Shown here one piece after another: positions 1 through 13,915 of a stretch of DNA of 64,000 bases. Made by a program: the position numbers and the translations under genes. The stretch comes from Octopus sinensis. Its lineage: Eukaryota. Location: the NCBI RefSeq assembly GCF_006345805.1, contig NW_021836302.1, positions 3,743 through 67,742 of the forward strand, read 5' to 3'. The notes beneath the pieces are model-generated. The model ran no database searches. It saw only the letters and a list, made by a program, of their open reading frames with translations, and was not told the DNA's origin. Every line of letters starts with the position of its first letter. Position 1 is the first letter of the stretch.

Positions 1-553
1 ATTTCTTTGGTAAATCCATGAACTGTCTTTAATAGTGTTTCCAGCTGTTTGTCATTTGCAGCGTATTGTTTTAGGTCATCCATATATAAAAGGTGGCTGA
101 TCGTTTTGCCGTAACATTTATATCCGCATCCAGTTCTATTTAGCATATCAGATAGAGGTGACAGTGCCAAGCAGAAAAGGAGTGGAGAGAGCGTGTCTCC
201 CTGGAATATTCCTCTTCTAATGGGGATGTTCTTTGGTTTTCATGAGTCCCTCTTTTGTTTGGAGGTGTAGGACTGTTTGCCATTTATTCATAGAGTGCTC
301 TATGAATTTTATGATTGTTGGTGCTACTTGTTAATGGCTAGTGTTTCGAGGATCCATGTGTGGGGGATGCTATCAAACGCTTTTTTGTAGTCAATCCAGG
401 CCATACTGAGGCCTTTCTTCTTTCTGTGGCTGTCTTCAGTTACGGCTTTATTAATCATTAGTTGATCTTTACAGCCATATGAGCCCTTGCGGCATCCTTT
501 CTGCTCTTCTGGGAACAGTTTGTTTTCGTCCAGGTGCTTGTTCAGCCTTTGCG
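1..553 (-). mobile_element. R4/Dong-like (RLE-type) non-LTR retrotransposon, RT-domain fragment
   Basis: Minus strand encodes EEQKGCRKGSYGCKDQL..WIDYKKAFDSIPH, IFQGDTLSP and YMDDLK RT motifs; near-identical to 62629-63178; 5' end abuts (AAT)n. Confidence 0.9.
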
Positions 554-1080
<527 letters not shown>

Positions 1081-1592
1081 AAACAGTCCAGAAGGGTGGT
1101 AGGGACATCGGCATGAAATTTGGGATTACCAAATTCTCAGTACTTAATATGAAAAGAAGGAAGAAAGCAGCCTGCAGAGGCTTGCAGTTACCATCAGGAG
1201 AGACCATGGGTGAACCCGACGGTAGTGGGTATAGATATTTAGGGATTTTGGAGCTGAATGACATTCTACACAGGGAAATGAAAGTCAAGATCAGCGAGGC
1301 GTATCAAAAAAGGGTGAAGATGCTGTTGAAATCCAACCTGAATGCCAAAAGTTTGATTACTGCAATGAATATCTGGGAAGTTGTGGTGGTCAGATATAGT
1401 GCATACATCCTCAGATGGACTAAGGAGGAAATATCAACAGTGGATAGAAAGACGAGAAAGCCGTTGACGCTGTATGGGGGACTACACCCTAAAGCAAACG
1501 TAAACAGACTGTATATGAAAAGAAAGAATGGTGGCAGAAGACTAATTAGTATAGACCATTGTATAAGATGCAAAAGAACAACGCTTCCCGCG
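1081..1592 (+). mobile_element. R4/Dong-like LINE RT-thumb segment, inverted relative to 658-1080
   Basis: DIGMKFG..YRYLGILE..DRKTRK..HPKANVNRLYMKRKNGGR in ORF 1017-1727. Confidence 0.85.
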
Positions 1593-1603
1593 TATTATTA
1601 TTA

Positions 1604-1665
<62 letters not shown>

Positions 1666-1706
1666 TTTATTATTTACTTTTAATCTACATGTTTGTTATA
1701 ATCGCC

Positions 1707-1772
1707 GAGACACACCCGGCGTCCTAGGGCGTGTGAAGTATAACAGATGCTCTAGGATGCTGGGTGTGTCTC
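1707..1772 (+). other. 26-bp-stem hairpin between (ATT)n tracts
   Basis: gagacacacccggcgtcctagggcgt pairs with atgctctaggatgctgggtgtgtctc, with 4 G-U wobbles. Confidence 0.8.
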
Positions 1773-1790
1773 ATGTTACTATTATTATTG

Positions 1791-1822
<32 letters not shown>

Positions 1823-1847
1823 GCTATTATTATTATTATTATTATTG

Positions 1848-1893
<46 letters not shown>

Positions 1894-1929
1894 CATTATT
1901 GCTATTACTATTATTATTATTGCTATTAC

Positions 1930-1981
<52 letters not shown>

Positions 1982-2724
1982 TCTTAGTACGAAAAAGTTA
2001 TATAATTTGTTTACTTGAAGTCACTTTATAGATATTGCAGCCAGTGATTATTACCGAAGCTGAGATAAACATCTTTTGTTTATCGTCTTTTGTGTATCTA
2101 AGTGCTTGTTTCTCTAATCCAAAATAAGACGTTACATGATTTCGCCATTCCGGAATCAAATATCGATTAAGAAATCATAAGAACCAATAGTGGAAAATTT
2201 TAGACGGAAGTTAGTCAATATTCTTATTGTTTAGTCTTACACAAGCCACAATTCAACAAATCAGAGAAAACATTCCAGCTCTGACTATCCCGTCTAATTT
2301 TGTACTAGTATATCTAATACTAGTTCACACAATAATTTCCTTTTAAAATGTCCGTATTGTTTGATTTGATAGGGGTTTGACTGCTATTTTTAGCAATCGG
2401 TGGTCTTAAGTAGAAGCTCGAAGCTTTGTTCAAATATTTAGCAATAATATTGTGAGGTTAATTCAACAGAACCAATCTCTTCCTCTATAAATATTGATTT
2501 GCACAAAGCCACATCATTTTGTCCTGATGGAAGAAGGGAATAATCTATTAAATCATGGCCAACGTCGAAAAAACGAAATAATTAAATGAACCTTCCGCCA
2601 ATAAATCACCCTTCCTCTACAATCTTCGCTTGGTACCTAATCAAAATATGTCAACATTGCAGATGTATTCTTAATGTTCTGAGTTAAAACTGCGTGTTTT
2701 CTTAATTTACACTTTCCTTTTCTA

Positions 2725-2761
2725 TTTTTCTGATAAAGGACCGACATCTGAAACGTCAAAA
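2725..2761 (+). ncRNA. Degenerate minimal hammerhead ribozyme (family of 13880/52263)
   Basis: ttt CTGATAA aggaccgacatct GAAACGTC aaa; core position 8 mutated; downstream sequence resembles that family. Confidence 0.45.
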
Positions 2762-3008
2762 CTTTCGGTTCTTTTTAAACGCCAAACTAATACAACGAGT
2801 TTTTACGTGTCAAATCTGAGTTAATCTTTTCCATCTATTCCATATTTGCTACATACATTTCTAGCATGCAGAATACTATTTATTGCATTTACGTATATAA
2901 TATGCGTGTTAAGACGTGTAAATAACGAGTTGAATACATAAAGAAATGAATACAGTAAAGTAAAATAAATATCTGGTATAAGTGAGGAGATATTGTCTCT
3001 TTTGGATG

Positions 3009-3215
3009 GTAAGTGAGCCGGACCCTTAACAAGTGGGACAAAGGTACAGCGGTATTTCGTCTGTCTTTATGATCTGAGTTTAAATTCAGCCAAGGTCGAC
3101 TTTGCTTTTCCTCCTTTCGGGGCCGATAATGTTAGTACCAGTTGAACACTGGGGTCGCTGTTATCGGTTTGCCACCTCCACTAGAAAACTGCTGGCCTTG
3201 CGCCAAATTTTGAAA
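3009..3215 (+). mobile_element. tRNA-derived SINE, family A
   Basis: ctgagtttaaattcagccaaggtcgactttgc..gataa..agtaccag body, shared with 10787 and 32386. Confidence 0.8.
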
Positions 3216-3408
3216 TCATAATAAATTTTCTCCTTCACTCCATTATCCGTAAATGGAATATAACCGTTCGCGTTGCTTCCTTCCTTCTTTCCACTCCATA
3301 TTGTTACCTATTTCTTGATAATTATCTTCTTTCAATGTTTCGAAATATCCTTTCGTGGAATAAATCAATCTGCAGCCTACAACCAACCATTTAAATGTAC
3401 ATCTTCAT

Positions 3409-3486
<78 letters not shown>

Positions 3487-3559
3487 ACACAATATATACA
3501 TCTATATACATATACACATATATACATCCATATACTTACACATATATATGTATGTATGT

Positions 3560-3710
3560 AGAGCTCCTCACGAAACGTTAAGTCCTCCTTCTTTCTCTCC
3601 TTTCCTGGGCGTCCAATAACACGATACTTGTTCCACGTCTCCCTTGCATATAGTTAATAACACTATACTTGTTCCACGTCCTCTTTTTGTTCATGTTTGG
3701 ATTAACTGTA
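3560..3710 (+). mobile_element. Truncated HHR-family element in microsatellite
   Basis: agagctcctcacGAAACGTTaagtcctc matches the 3' half of the HHR at 24958; CTGANGA core missing. Confidence 0.55.
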
Positions 3711-3744
3711 TATATATAAGCGCCCCAAAGGTCAATCACAAAAA

Positions 3745-4236
3745 AAGATAGATGGCATGTCAGACCTCGACTACTGGGGTAGACTAGAAAAGCTGAAACT
3801 GTATTCACTCCAACGACGCCGTGAACGCTACATTATCTGTATGATGTAGAAAATATTTCATCAGCACTGTCCGAATAATGTTGGCATCACCTTCAAAATA
3901 CATCCAAGGCTTGGACCACGTGCCATCCGTCCACAACAAAAATCTAAATCGCATCTCATAACAACAATACGGCACAACTATTTCACCTCAATTGGACCCG
4001 CTCTCTTCAACATTACACCGGGGCACGTCAAAACAGAAACTGACCACACAAAATTCAAGAAATCTTTGGACAAATTCCTTCAAACAGTCCCGGACAAACC
4101 ACCCACACCCGGATATGTCTCCGCAAACAATAACTCTCTGCTCGAATGGGCCTTGGTGCCCAAATCCTGGTGGTGCTATTAAGTTAGACATGGCCTGGGC
4201 CGATACTGGCCGAAACCTTTCTAAGTTATTCTAAGT

Positions 4237-4240
<4 letters not shown>
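3745..4240 (+). mobile_element. CR1/L2-type LINE 3' fragment
   Basis: YWGRLEKLKLYSLQRRRERY..GPALFNI..FKKSLDKFLQTVPD; ends in tandem tctaagttat. Confidence 0.85.
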
Positions 4241-4287
<47 letters not shown>

Positions 4288-4290
<3 letters not shown>

Positions 4291-4674
4291 CAAATTAGAG
4301 ACAAAACCACTATTATGCAAATCAAACAAAGAAAGACTTAATCCAATACATAAACTAATTTATATTATTTAGTAATTTAACAATTATTAATATCCACTAC
4401 GATCGTTTCATGTCTTCTTTTCATCACATCTTTGAGTAGTAGACGTTCTTCAGGTGGTTTCAAATATTCTTGGCGAATTTAAACTATGAACTAATTTTTA
4501 TTAATAATTGTTAAATTACTAAATAATATAAATTAAGTTATGTATTGGATTAAGTCTTTCTTTGTTTGATTTGCATAATAGTGGTTTTGTCTCTAATATG
4601 TATAATATAATATTTTACTATAAATTGGATTCAATCCTAAATCTGATTTTTCCTGTAAGTTTGGATTTATTCCC

Positions 4675-4680
<6 letters not shown>
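4288..4680. mobile_element. Penelope-like fold-back element with HHR, flanked by (TA)n
   Basis: Inverted arms 4288-4392 and 4499-4603; unique tail 4604-4680; same family as 37590-39066. Confidence 0.85.
4394..4457 (-). ncRNA. Type I hammerhead ribozyme
   Basis: ccac CTGAAGA acgtct..agacat GAAA CGATCG TA gtgg; palindromic stem III, GUA cleavage triplet. Confidence 0.85.
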
Positions 4681-4769
<89 letters not shown>

Positions 4770-4799
4770 GCATATATATGTATAATATATATATGTAAG

Positions 4800-5430
4800 T
4801 CATTATTTACTTTTATTTCAAGATTACTTGCCGATACAGAAAGAGTCGATTTCTAACCTAGATCCAAAGCTCCTTCATTAGAATTTCAACATCAACAGGG
4901 TATATTTGTATGTATATATATATATGTGCAGAATTGTGTGATTAGTTTTATGCATGTCGTTTTTCAGCTTTATTTCAAGATTTCTTGCCAATAGAGAAAG
5001 AACTGGTTTCTAACCTAGATCCAAGGCTTCTTCATTGGAATTTCAACATCAACAACAGGGTATCTTTGTTTGTTTGTATGTATGTATGTATGTATGTATG
5101 TATGTATGTATGTATGTATGTATGTATGTATGTATGTATGTATGTATGTATGTGTGTGTAGATTTGTATGTTTTATGTATGCATTCTCATGCATATATTT
5201 GCATATCTAGACATGCTCATACATATTTAAATGATAAACTTCTGGAAAGTTTTACAGATTTTTACAGTTCCAGTGATGGATTGGATCTCTAGTTTTCGAA
5301 TTAGCTTTCTCCTTTTTGATTTTCAGAAGCCTAATTTCTCAAGATTAGTATTTTGGCAGTGTGTTACATATCATAGGGCCCCAATAACTACAGGTATAAA
5401 CCTGAACCTATAATCTGGATAGAGTAACTG
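4800..5430 (-). mobile_element. RLE-type LINE 3' end with (CATA)n in the UTR and a duplicated terminal segment
   Basis: YRFRFIPVVIGAL..LEKLGF..TGTVKICKTF at 5430-5228; terminal ~100 bp present twice (4810-4905, 4968-5065). Confidence 0.7.
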
Positions 5431-5735
5431 CATATTTATCAATAGTTGAGCGTAGGTGTTCTCATGTATGTATGTATGTATGTATGTATGTATGTATGTA
5501 TGTATGTATGTATGTATGTATGTATGATATATATATATATATTAATATAAACAGCAGGCTGCAATGTTTCATAAAAAGGAGAATCATAATTATCAGTAAA
5601 TGTGACTAGGGTGTTAAGAAACACCTACATTAAAAGGAAGAGCTAAAATGCTCTAATGCTGTAGTTAACGCACAGGAATGAACACATATACACTAACAAG
5701 GAACTGAATCGTCCGAAAAATGCTGATCGAGAATT

Positions 5736-5784
5736 CTTAATACTGACGTCAGTTTCGGCAATTTCCGCTGCCTCATCAGTTAAG
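5736..5784 (-). ncRNA. Intact type I hammerhead ribozyme within a ~280 bp element (5546-5827)
   Basis: cttaa CTGATGA ggcag cggaaa ttgcc GAAA CTGACGTCAG TA ttaag; three stems pair. Confidence 0.92.
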
Positions 5785-5824
5785 CCTGGTCGATCTTCGG
5801 CGTTTTCCGGACTCGCTTCTCTAG

Positions 5825-5956
<132 letters not shown>

Positions 5957-6149
5957 GTATGTAACTATATGCAAGGGAGATGTACAGCCAAGCTTGTAAG
6001 TAACCTACAAATGTGAGAATGTGAGATTGCGTGCACACGTTTGTATGTGTGTATCTCTGTTTCTGTGTGTTTTTGAAAATGTATGTGATGTATGTATCTA
6101 TTTATACGTACATACATACATACGTATATATGCATATATATATATGCAC

Positions 6150-6210
<61 letters not shown>

Positions 6211-6811
6211 ATATATATATATATAATATATATATATATTATATATATATATATTATATATATATATATATATAATAATATATATATTATATATATAATA
6301 TATATATATGTATACATATATATATAGAGAAAGATACATACATATATAGGGAGATAGCTACACTCACACACACACGTGTCTGTATGTGTATGTGTGCACA
6401 AGTTGTGAGTGCGTGTGCTTGTGTGTGTAGTGTGTGTGTGTGTTATGTTAGCCTTTAAAAAATCGTTATTTCTTTCTTGTGAAATGTTTTCGTTTGGGGA
6501 ATTTGATTTGTTTCATTCTTCTGTTTCGTGTCCTAACGCCATCTTTAGCGTTGATGTTTTTAGATATTGTCGCCATATCATTTGTTTTCAACTGGTGAAA
6601 AGAAAAATTTCTTTCGCAAACTGAAACTTTTCGTTCTTTCTGTCTTTCTTTTTTTTATTTACTCAAAGAAAGTAGTATTGATTAAAAGAATTGAATTGTT
6701 ACTTCTTTATTTAGAATTTGTTGGAGAAATATCTCTCTCTGCACTGTTCCACCCGGTAATTATCCACTCTGGGAAAGACAAACACGCGACATTGCATTAA
6801 ACACGAAACAC

Positions 6812-6879
<68 letters not shown>

Positions 6880-7298
6880 CAATAATAATAATAGTAATAA
6901 AAATAATAATCAAAATGTTATTTGCACCGAGTATAGCGAGATCAGAAACGGTTATATGCCTATTCATTCTTAATACGCCTGGACAGCTTCGGACACAAAA
7001 TATACTGGACGTAGTATTTTGCGTCATAGAAAAATAACCTCTCCATTTTTACGACGACGGTGTACAATTGTTTGCTGGTCGGTGTTTATACTCGCCAACC
7101 GATAAAGTATAGTTGAGTTCGAAACTTCCTGGACGAGTTAAGATTAAATAATAGCTCCAGGTTTTGCTGTACACGGTTGAAATAGCGGTTATTTTTAAAT
7201 GCTGGAAGATATAAGCATCGATCAGCCCCAAAATTTGTTCTTTGAAAAAGTATAAACAAAGCCAGAGCCTCGGTTTAGGCTCAAAGATCCGGTTGTTT

Positions 7299-7340
7299 CT
7301 GGCTGGCGAGGTACACCATGTCGAAACACCGGTGTCATAG
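7299..7340 (+). ncRNA. Degenerate hammerhead ribozyme
   Basis: CTGGCGA ggtacaccatgtc GAAA CACCGGTG TC; palindromic stem III; related to 14773. Confidence 0.6.
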
Positions 7341-7507
7341 AATCTCCCTAGCTAATGAACCGAGCGTGCCTTTCGTAAAAGTGAAAAGTTATCCTCCTTT
7401 GATGCGCACTTGAGCGACCAGCATATTTTGCTCCCGAAACTGATTGGTCGTATTAAGAATAAACGAAAAGAAAAAGAAAGAAAAAAAAGAAACAACAACA
7501 ATAACAA

Positions 7508-7665
7508 TACTTTCTACTATAGGCACAAGACCTAAAACTTTGTAGGTGGGGGTTAGTCTGTTACATCGATCTCAGCGTTCAAGTGGAATTTATTTTATCG
7601 ACCCCGATTGATGAAAAGCAAGTTCGACCTCGATGGAATATGAACCCAGAATGTAGAGACGGAAG
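7508..7665 (-). mobile_element. tRNA-derived SINE, family A (partial)
   Basis: Reverse complement of family A body (tttatcgacccc..gaaaagcaagttcgacctcg). Confidence 0.7.
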
Positions 7666-7769
7666 AAATAGTTATACTGATGATAATAATGATATTCTTC
7701 TTTTTCTTCTTCTTCTTAATAGTAGTATTAGTAGTAGCAGTAGTAGTAGTAATAATAATGATGATGATG

Positions 7770-7859
<90 letters not shown>

Positions 7860-8259
7860 GAGACCCTTGACAACGGGTTGTCCGCTCTTACAGAATTAAA
7901 CGGAGCAAGTGAAATCGAGAGTTCTGAGAAGTAAAATAGAAATAATATTTATAATAACAATAAAGAAAGAAAACCAAGGAAAACCAAGAAAACCACGACG
8001 ACGACGACGACGACCACCACCACCACCACAATATATAAACAGCACCAATGAGGAAAAAATTCCGCCAAGGAATTAACATTCATACGTGTATAAACACATA
8101 GACAGACATATGTATTTAATTCCATACTGAGCAGGACATGCCAAAAGAATCGGGTGAAGAAGAAAAAAAGGCAAAACAAAGCCGATCTTCTTTTCCTTTG
8201 ATACATCACACGTTGGCACACGCGAACGCACACAGCGGCGAGCAATACACAGGAATACA

Positions 8260-8285
8260 TAGACAGACAGACAGACAGACTGATT

Positions 8286-8345
<60 letters not shown>

Positions 8346-8610
8346 TATAGATAGATAGATAGATAGTTAGATGGACAGGCAGAAGACAGATAGATAGATA
8401 GATAGATAGATAAATGGATAGACAGATAGACAGACAGACAGACAGACAGATAGATAGACAGATAGATAGACAGATAGATAGACAGATAGATAGACAGATA
8501 AATATATGGACAGACAGACATAGATAGATAGAGAGATAGATAAACAGATAGATAGATAAATAGACAGACAGATAGATACATACATACATACAATAGACAT
8601 ACATGCATAA
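8260..8610. repeat. Compound (GATA)n/(GACA)n microsatellite
   Basis: Seen directly; similar tracts at 19958-20245, 40548-40690, 46594-47065, 59412-59630. Confidence 0.95.
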
Positions 8611-8657
8611 ATATATAAATACATAGATGCACACACACACACACACATACACACACA

Positions 8658-8696
<39 letters not shown>

Positions 8697-9024
8697 TGAA
8701 CACGTACATGCACATACTTTATATGGAATTTCTCGACACATGACCCATGGTATTCGACATGGAGAAGCAGTCATAGGTTGGCACAACTAATAAGAAAAAA
8801 CAATTTCATTTACATAAGCACATATGCAGACACATACACAGACACGTAAAGTAAATTATACATAATACATACATATGCACGCATTTCATAGACATAAACA
8901 AATGTAGGAATGTATCATCCCAGAGACAGTTGTGTCGTTTAGAATATTCACATATTATCACACACACACGCACACAATTATATAGATACATTTAAAACAT
9001 ATATATTTATATACATACATATAT

Positions 9025-9073
<49 letters not shown>

Positions 9074-9143
9074 GTATATATATGCATATGTATATATATA
9101 TGTATATATATACATACATATATATATATATGTATATATATGC

Positions 9144-9220
<77 letters not shown>

Positions 9221-9313
9221 TTCAAAACACACACATACACATATATATATAGACTCATTCAAAACACGCACATACACACAATACGATATATATATTGTAT
9301 ATATATATATATT

Positions 9314-9356
<43 letters not shown>

Positions 9357-9359
9357 CAT

Positions 9360-9406
<47 letters not shown>

Positions 9407-9704
9407 TATATATATATATATATAATATATATATATGTATGTATGCATATATGTGTATGTGTATGTATATGTATTTGTGTATATATATGTACACACACAC
9501 ACATCAACCGGTAGACACATACTTATATATGCACACATACTACCATACACGTTCTTATAAAAACGCATTTCAGTCTACGAATAAATACTTACACAGCAGC
9601 AGACCTCGATCTGCAGATATCGCAACGTATATGTAATAGTAAGAACACGAACACACGCAGCTGCAGCTACATACATGCAAGCATACCATACATACATACA
9701 TACA

Positions 9705-9738
<34 letters not shown>

Positions 9739-9860
9739 CACACATTCTAAAACAATGGAAATATCACAGAAAAAGAAACCTAAGAAGAAAAGAAACGAAA
9801 AAGAAACGGAGGAAGAAGAGACGAGGAATAATATTGATGATGATGATATTGATAATAATA

Positions 9861-9935
<75 letters not shown>

Positions 9936-10425
9936 GGAAAATGTTGAAATACAAGAATACACACATATGTAAAATGGAAAACGTATGAATGTTAAATAAA
10001 AAGAAGTACATATACAAATATAGAATAAAAAGAATAAAATTCGGTACAAATATTTATAAAGAAATACCATTAAGTATAAGAAATAAATCTACAGAATTGG
10101 AAAAGGAAACATTAAAACTGAATAAAAATCAAAGAGAACATCAAGAAACAGACAGGTGGAGAAAACACGATGTTTTTGTTATGAAGATTTTATCTTATAT
10201 GAGAATATTTCCCCCTCTAATTTACCATGAAGAAGATTAAAAGATATTTGTTTTGTTGAAATAACGGCTTGTTCCCAATTGAGACACCCATCAGAGCTAA
10301 TACAGAAGATTGAAATATCTATAAACTGGGTTGAAACAATATTGCTAATAATAGGGTAGGTTTTACATATATACATTACGGTACAGACGAAGTAATGCCT
10401 GTGTGCGTGCGTGTGTGTGTGTGTG

Positions 10426-10505
<80 letters not shown>

Positions 10506-10632
10506 GTTATAGTTTACGAATTTCACATCAGTGGAACAAGAGCCGTCTAACAGAGAAATAGTATTCTTTCGTTGGAATTTAGACATTATTGGGGTTGTTG
10601 AATATGTATGTATACATGCATGTATGTCTACA

Positions 10633-11036
10633 GCCGCAGGTGTGGCTGTATGGTAAGAAGTTTGCTTCCCAACCACTTGGTGCCAGGTTCAGTTCCACTG
10701 CGTAGCATCCTGAACATGTGCTTCTATTAAAACCTTGGGACGACTGAGGCCTTGTGAGTGGATTTGGGAGACAGAAACTGAAAGAAGGCGGAGAGCTGGC
10801 AGAAACCTTAGCACGCCGGGCGAAATGCGTAGCCGTATTTCGTTTGTCGTTATGTTCTGAGTTCAAATTCCGCCGAGGTCGACTTTGCTTTTCATTCTTT
10901 CGGGGTCGATAAATTAAGTACCAGTTACGCACTGGAGTCGATGTAATCGACTTCATCCCTTTGTCTGTCCTTGTTTGTCCCCTCTATGTTTAACCCCTTA
11001 TGGGCAATAAAGAAATGAGAAACTGAAAGAAGCTCG

Positions 11037-11070
<34 letters not shown>

Positions 11071-11215
11071 TATATATTTATTTATTTATACATATATATA
11101 TGTTTACGTCCCCACGACTTAGCGGTTCAGCACAAATGACGGATAGAATAAGTAGCACACTTAAAAATATGTAGTGGGGTCCATTTGTTTGATTAAAATT
11201 CTTCCAGGCGGTGTT
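10633..11215 (+). mobile_element. tRNA-derived SINE, family C, interrupted by a family A SINE
   Basis: gcaggtgtggctgtatggtaag..ggttcagttccactgc head; body resumes at 11018. Confidence 0.8.
10787..11017 (+). mobile_element. tRNA-derived SINE, family A, full length with 14-bp TSD
   Basis: Starts ggcggagagctggcagaaa; TSD agaaactgaaagaa at 10773-10786 and 11018-11031. Confidence 0.9.
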
Positions 11216-11519
11216 TAGGTTTTTTTTATGTTAGGTTTTTGAGGTTTTTGTTTTTTATTATTCTTCCCAGAAGGATGGAGCTATTTTGGGAAGTGTAATG
11301 TTTTCGAAGAATTCTGTCTCCAATTAAAAAATGTCGCTCTTCTTATTTTGATGTTGTTGCTCGATGCGTTGTTTTTGATGTTGTTTAGAAGAATCTCTTT
11401 GTGTGAACAAACACAACACTCAGTAACTTTCGGATGATCTTCAGCAAATTTTCTAATCTTTTTTCTTCAAAGATAAAAACCTATCATTATGACGATCAAT
11501 ACAGACATGGCTATATATA

Positions 11520-12050
11520 TACGTATGGATGTATATAAATATGTGTGTATATACGTAAGTATGTATCGGTGTATATGTGTAAATAGGTATCCATGTAAGT
11601 ATTTAGGGATATCTGTATGTAAATATGTATGTGTGTCTGTAAATATATATGGATGTATATATGTAAGTATGTAAGTATGTATGCATGTATGTATGTTTGT
11701 ACGTATGTACATATGGATGTATATAAACATGTTTGTATATATGTATATATCGATGTATATGTGTAGATATGTATCTGTATAAGTATTTGGGGATGTCTGT
11801 ATGTAAATATGTGTATCTGTAAATATGTATGGATGTATATATGTAAATATGTAAGTATGTAAGTATGTATGGATGTATATAAACATGTATGTATATATGT
11901 AAGTATGTATCGATGTATATATGTAAATATCTATCTATATAAGTATTTAGGGATGTCTGTATGTAAATATGTATGTGTATCTGTAAATACGTATGAATGT
12001 ATATATGTAAATATGTAAATATGTATGTATGCATGTATGCATGTATGTAT
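11520..12050. repeat. Higher-order minisatellite built from degenerate (TATG)n, about 3 units of 155-190 bp
   Basis: Recurring tatggatgtatataaa..aagtatttagggat-tctgtatgtaaatatg. Confidence 0.75.
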
Positions 12051-12791
12051 AGCTATCTTTATTGACTTAAATTTTTGTTTCTAACGAAAGATGATTTTTA
12101 AGAAAGAGACAAAGATCTAACATTGAATTTAGATATCAACAACAGTGAAGATTTTCCTTTTGAACTTCAGAAAAGTTTTGCATATTTTAATCGCTCTTTT
12201 TATAGACTGAATTTGAAAAATAAGAGTTAGATACTTTCTTAACCTAAAATACCCAGTTTATCGTGACATGACAAAGTTCACAAATGATTATGGACACAAA
12301 ATTCAGTTTATAAGTTTGAAAGAAAAGATGTAGGTTTCGATGAAGTTTACAATAGATGTTCGCTTTCCTTTTAATTTCTAAGCATATTATCACAACCTAA
12401 GAGATCCTGGCTTTTCTTTAAGAGTTAATGTTCCACGTATTCTGTCTTATAACGATACCTTATAATATGCATTGCTTTATATCGTTTGTAAGGAGGGAAA
12501 AACACATATTCGCCTCAGAAATGGATAATCACGTTCTCTCTTCAATATCCAAGAATAAAAGCGTAATCTGCTTTGATTCATTTGCATTGTCTCCTTATTC
12601 TTGTCCTCTTCTTTGTATTTTGATATAAAAGATAAGGAAACCATATTTCGACATTTCACGGCTTCATCACAATAAAAACGAAAGAAAAATTATTAGTTTT
12701 CGAAATAATAATTCTTGGTCTAAATTTTAGTCACACATTTTAGTCTTTCTCTCTTTCTCTCACTTTAACTTTCTTCCTTTTAGTCTGCCTG

Positions 12792-12832
<41 letters not shown>

Positions 12833-13599
12833 TTCTCTCTGTAGGTATATAAATATAATATGACTCACACACATACACATAGATGCATGCATATACATGC
12901 ATGTATATGCATATATCCATCCATCTATCTATCCATCCACCCATCCATCCATCCATCAACCCACCCACCCATCCATCCATCCATCCACCCATCCATTCAT
13001 CCATCCACCTATCCATCCACCCATCCAAAATTCATCCAAAATCCATCCATCCATCCATCCATCCATCCATCCATCCATCCATCCATCCATCCATCCACGC
13101 ACACATGTATGTAAAAATCAGTGTTGATTTACCAGAAACGACAAGTTACAGGACACAATACAAACATCAAGTGTTCGTTAATACCTTACAACTGAAAGTC
13201 TCTGATTTCGAATACTCGGAGCTGCTCGTTTCATTCAAAATGAGGTCTAAATTTCTTTGAAAAGCATACACGCAGGCTTGATTGTCTGTAGGCGCAGGCA
13301 TGGCTAAAGCCGTGTTTGAGCAATGCCATAAGATTGAATTTGCTGACGGAAAACTGTGTGGAAGCACATGCATATATACATACATAAATGTACATACCTA
13401 CATATATATGCACATATCCATGCATATATGGGTACGGGACATATAAGAAAAAACGGAGACACAATGAGAAATGAAAACATAAAAACATAGAAAACGAACT
13501 TTTTTCGAACAACGACAAAAAACAGAGAAACGAGACAGGCAACAAAGAACATTCCCCTTCATCAGTTGTCCCCTGTTTCATCTACTCCGCGTTTCGAAG

Positions 13600-13630
<31 letters not shown>

Positions 13631-13710
13631 ATATATATATACTATATATATATATATTATATATATATATATATATATATTAAGCACACACACACACACA
13701 CTATTATATA

Positions 13711-13764
<54 letters not shown>

Positions 13765-13879
13765 AAACACAGGCACACATATATAAAGGGGAGAATTCAC
13801 AAAAAACAACAACAAAAGACGAAGACAGGTGGTGTAGACAGCAACATGTATTAGTATAACGCTCGGGAAGTGAAGAAGT

Positions 13880-13915
13880 CTTTAACGTTTCGAGTCTACG
13901 ATCTTCCACAGAAAG
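13880..13915 (-). ncRNA. Minimal hammerhead variant (CTGTGGA) in element 13785-13978 next to (TA)n
   Basis: cttt CTGTGGA agatcgtagactc GAAACGTT aaag. Confidence 0.65.

Noticed and set aside
11425-11450. CTGAAGA tcatcc GAAA on the minus strand
   Set aside because: No stem II and no valid NUH triplet
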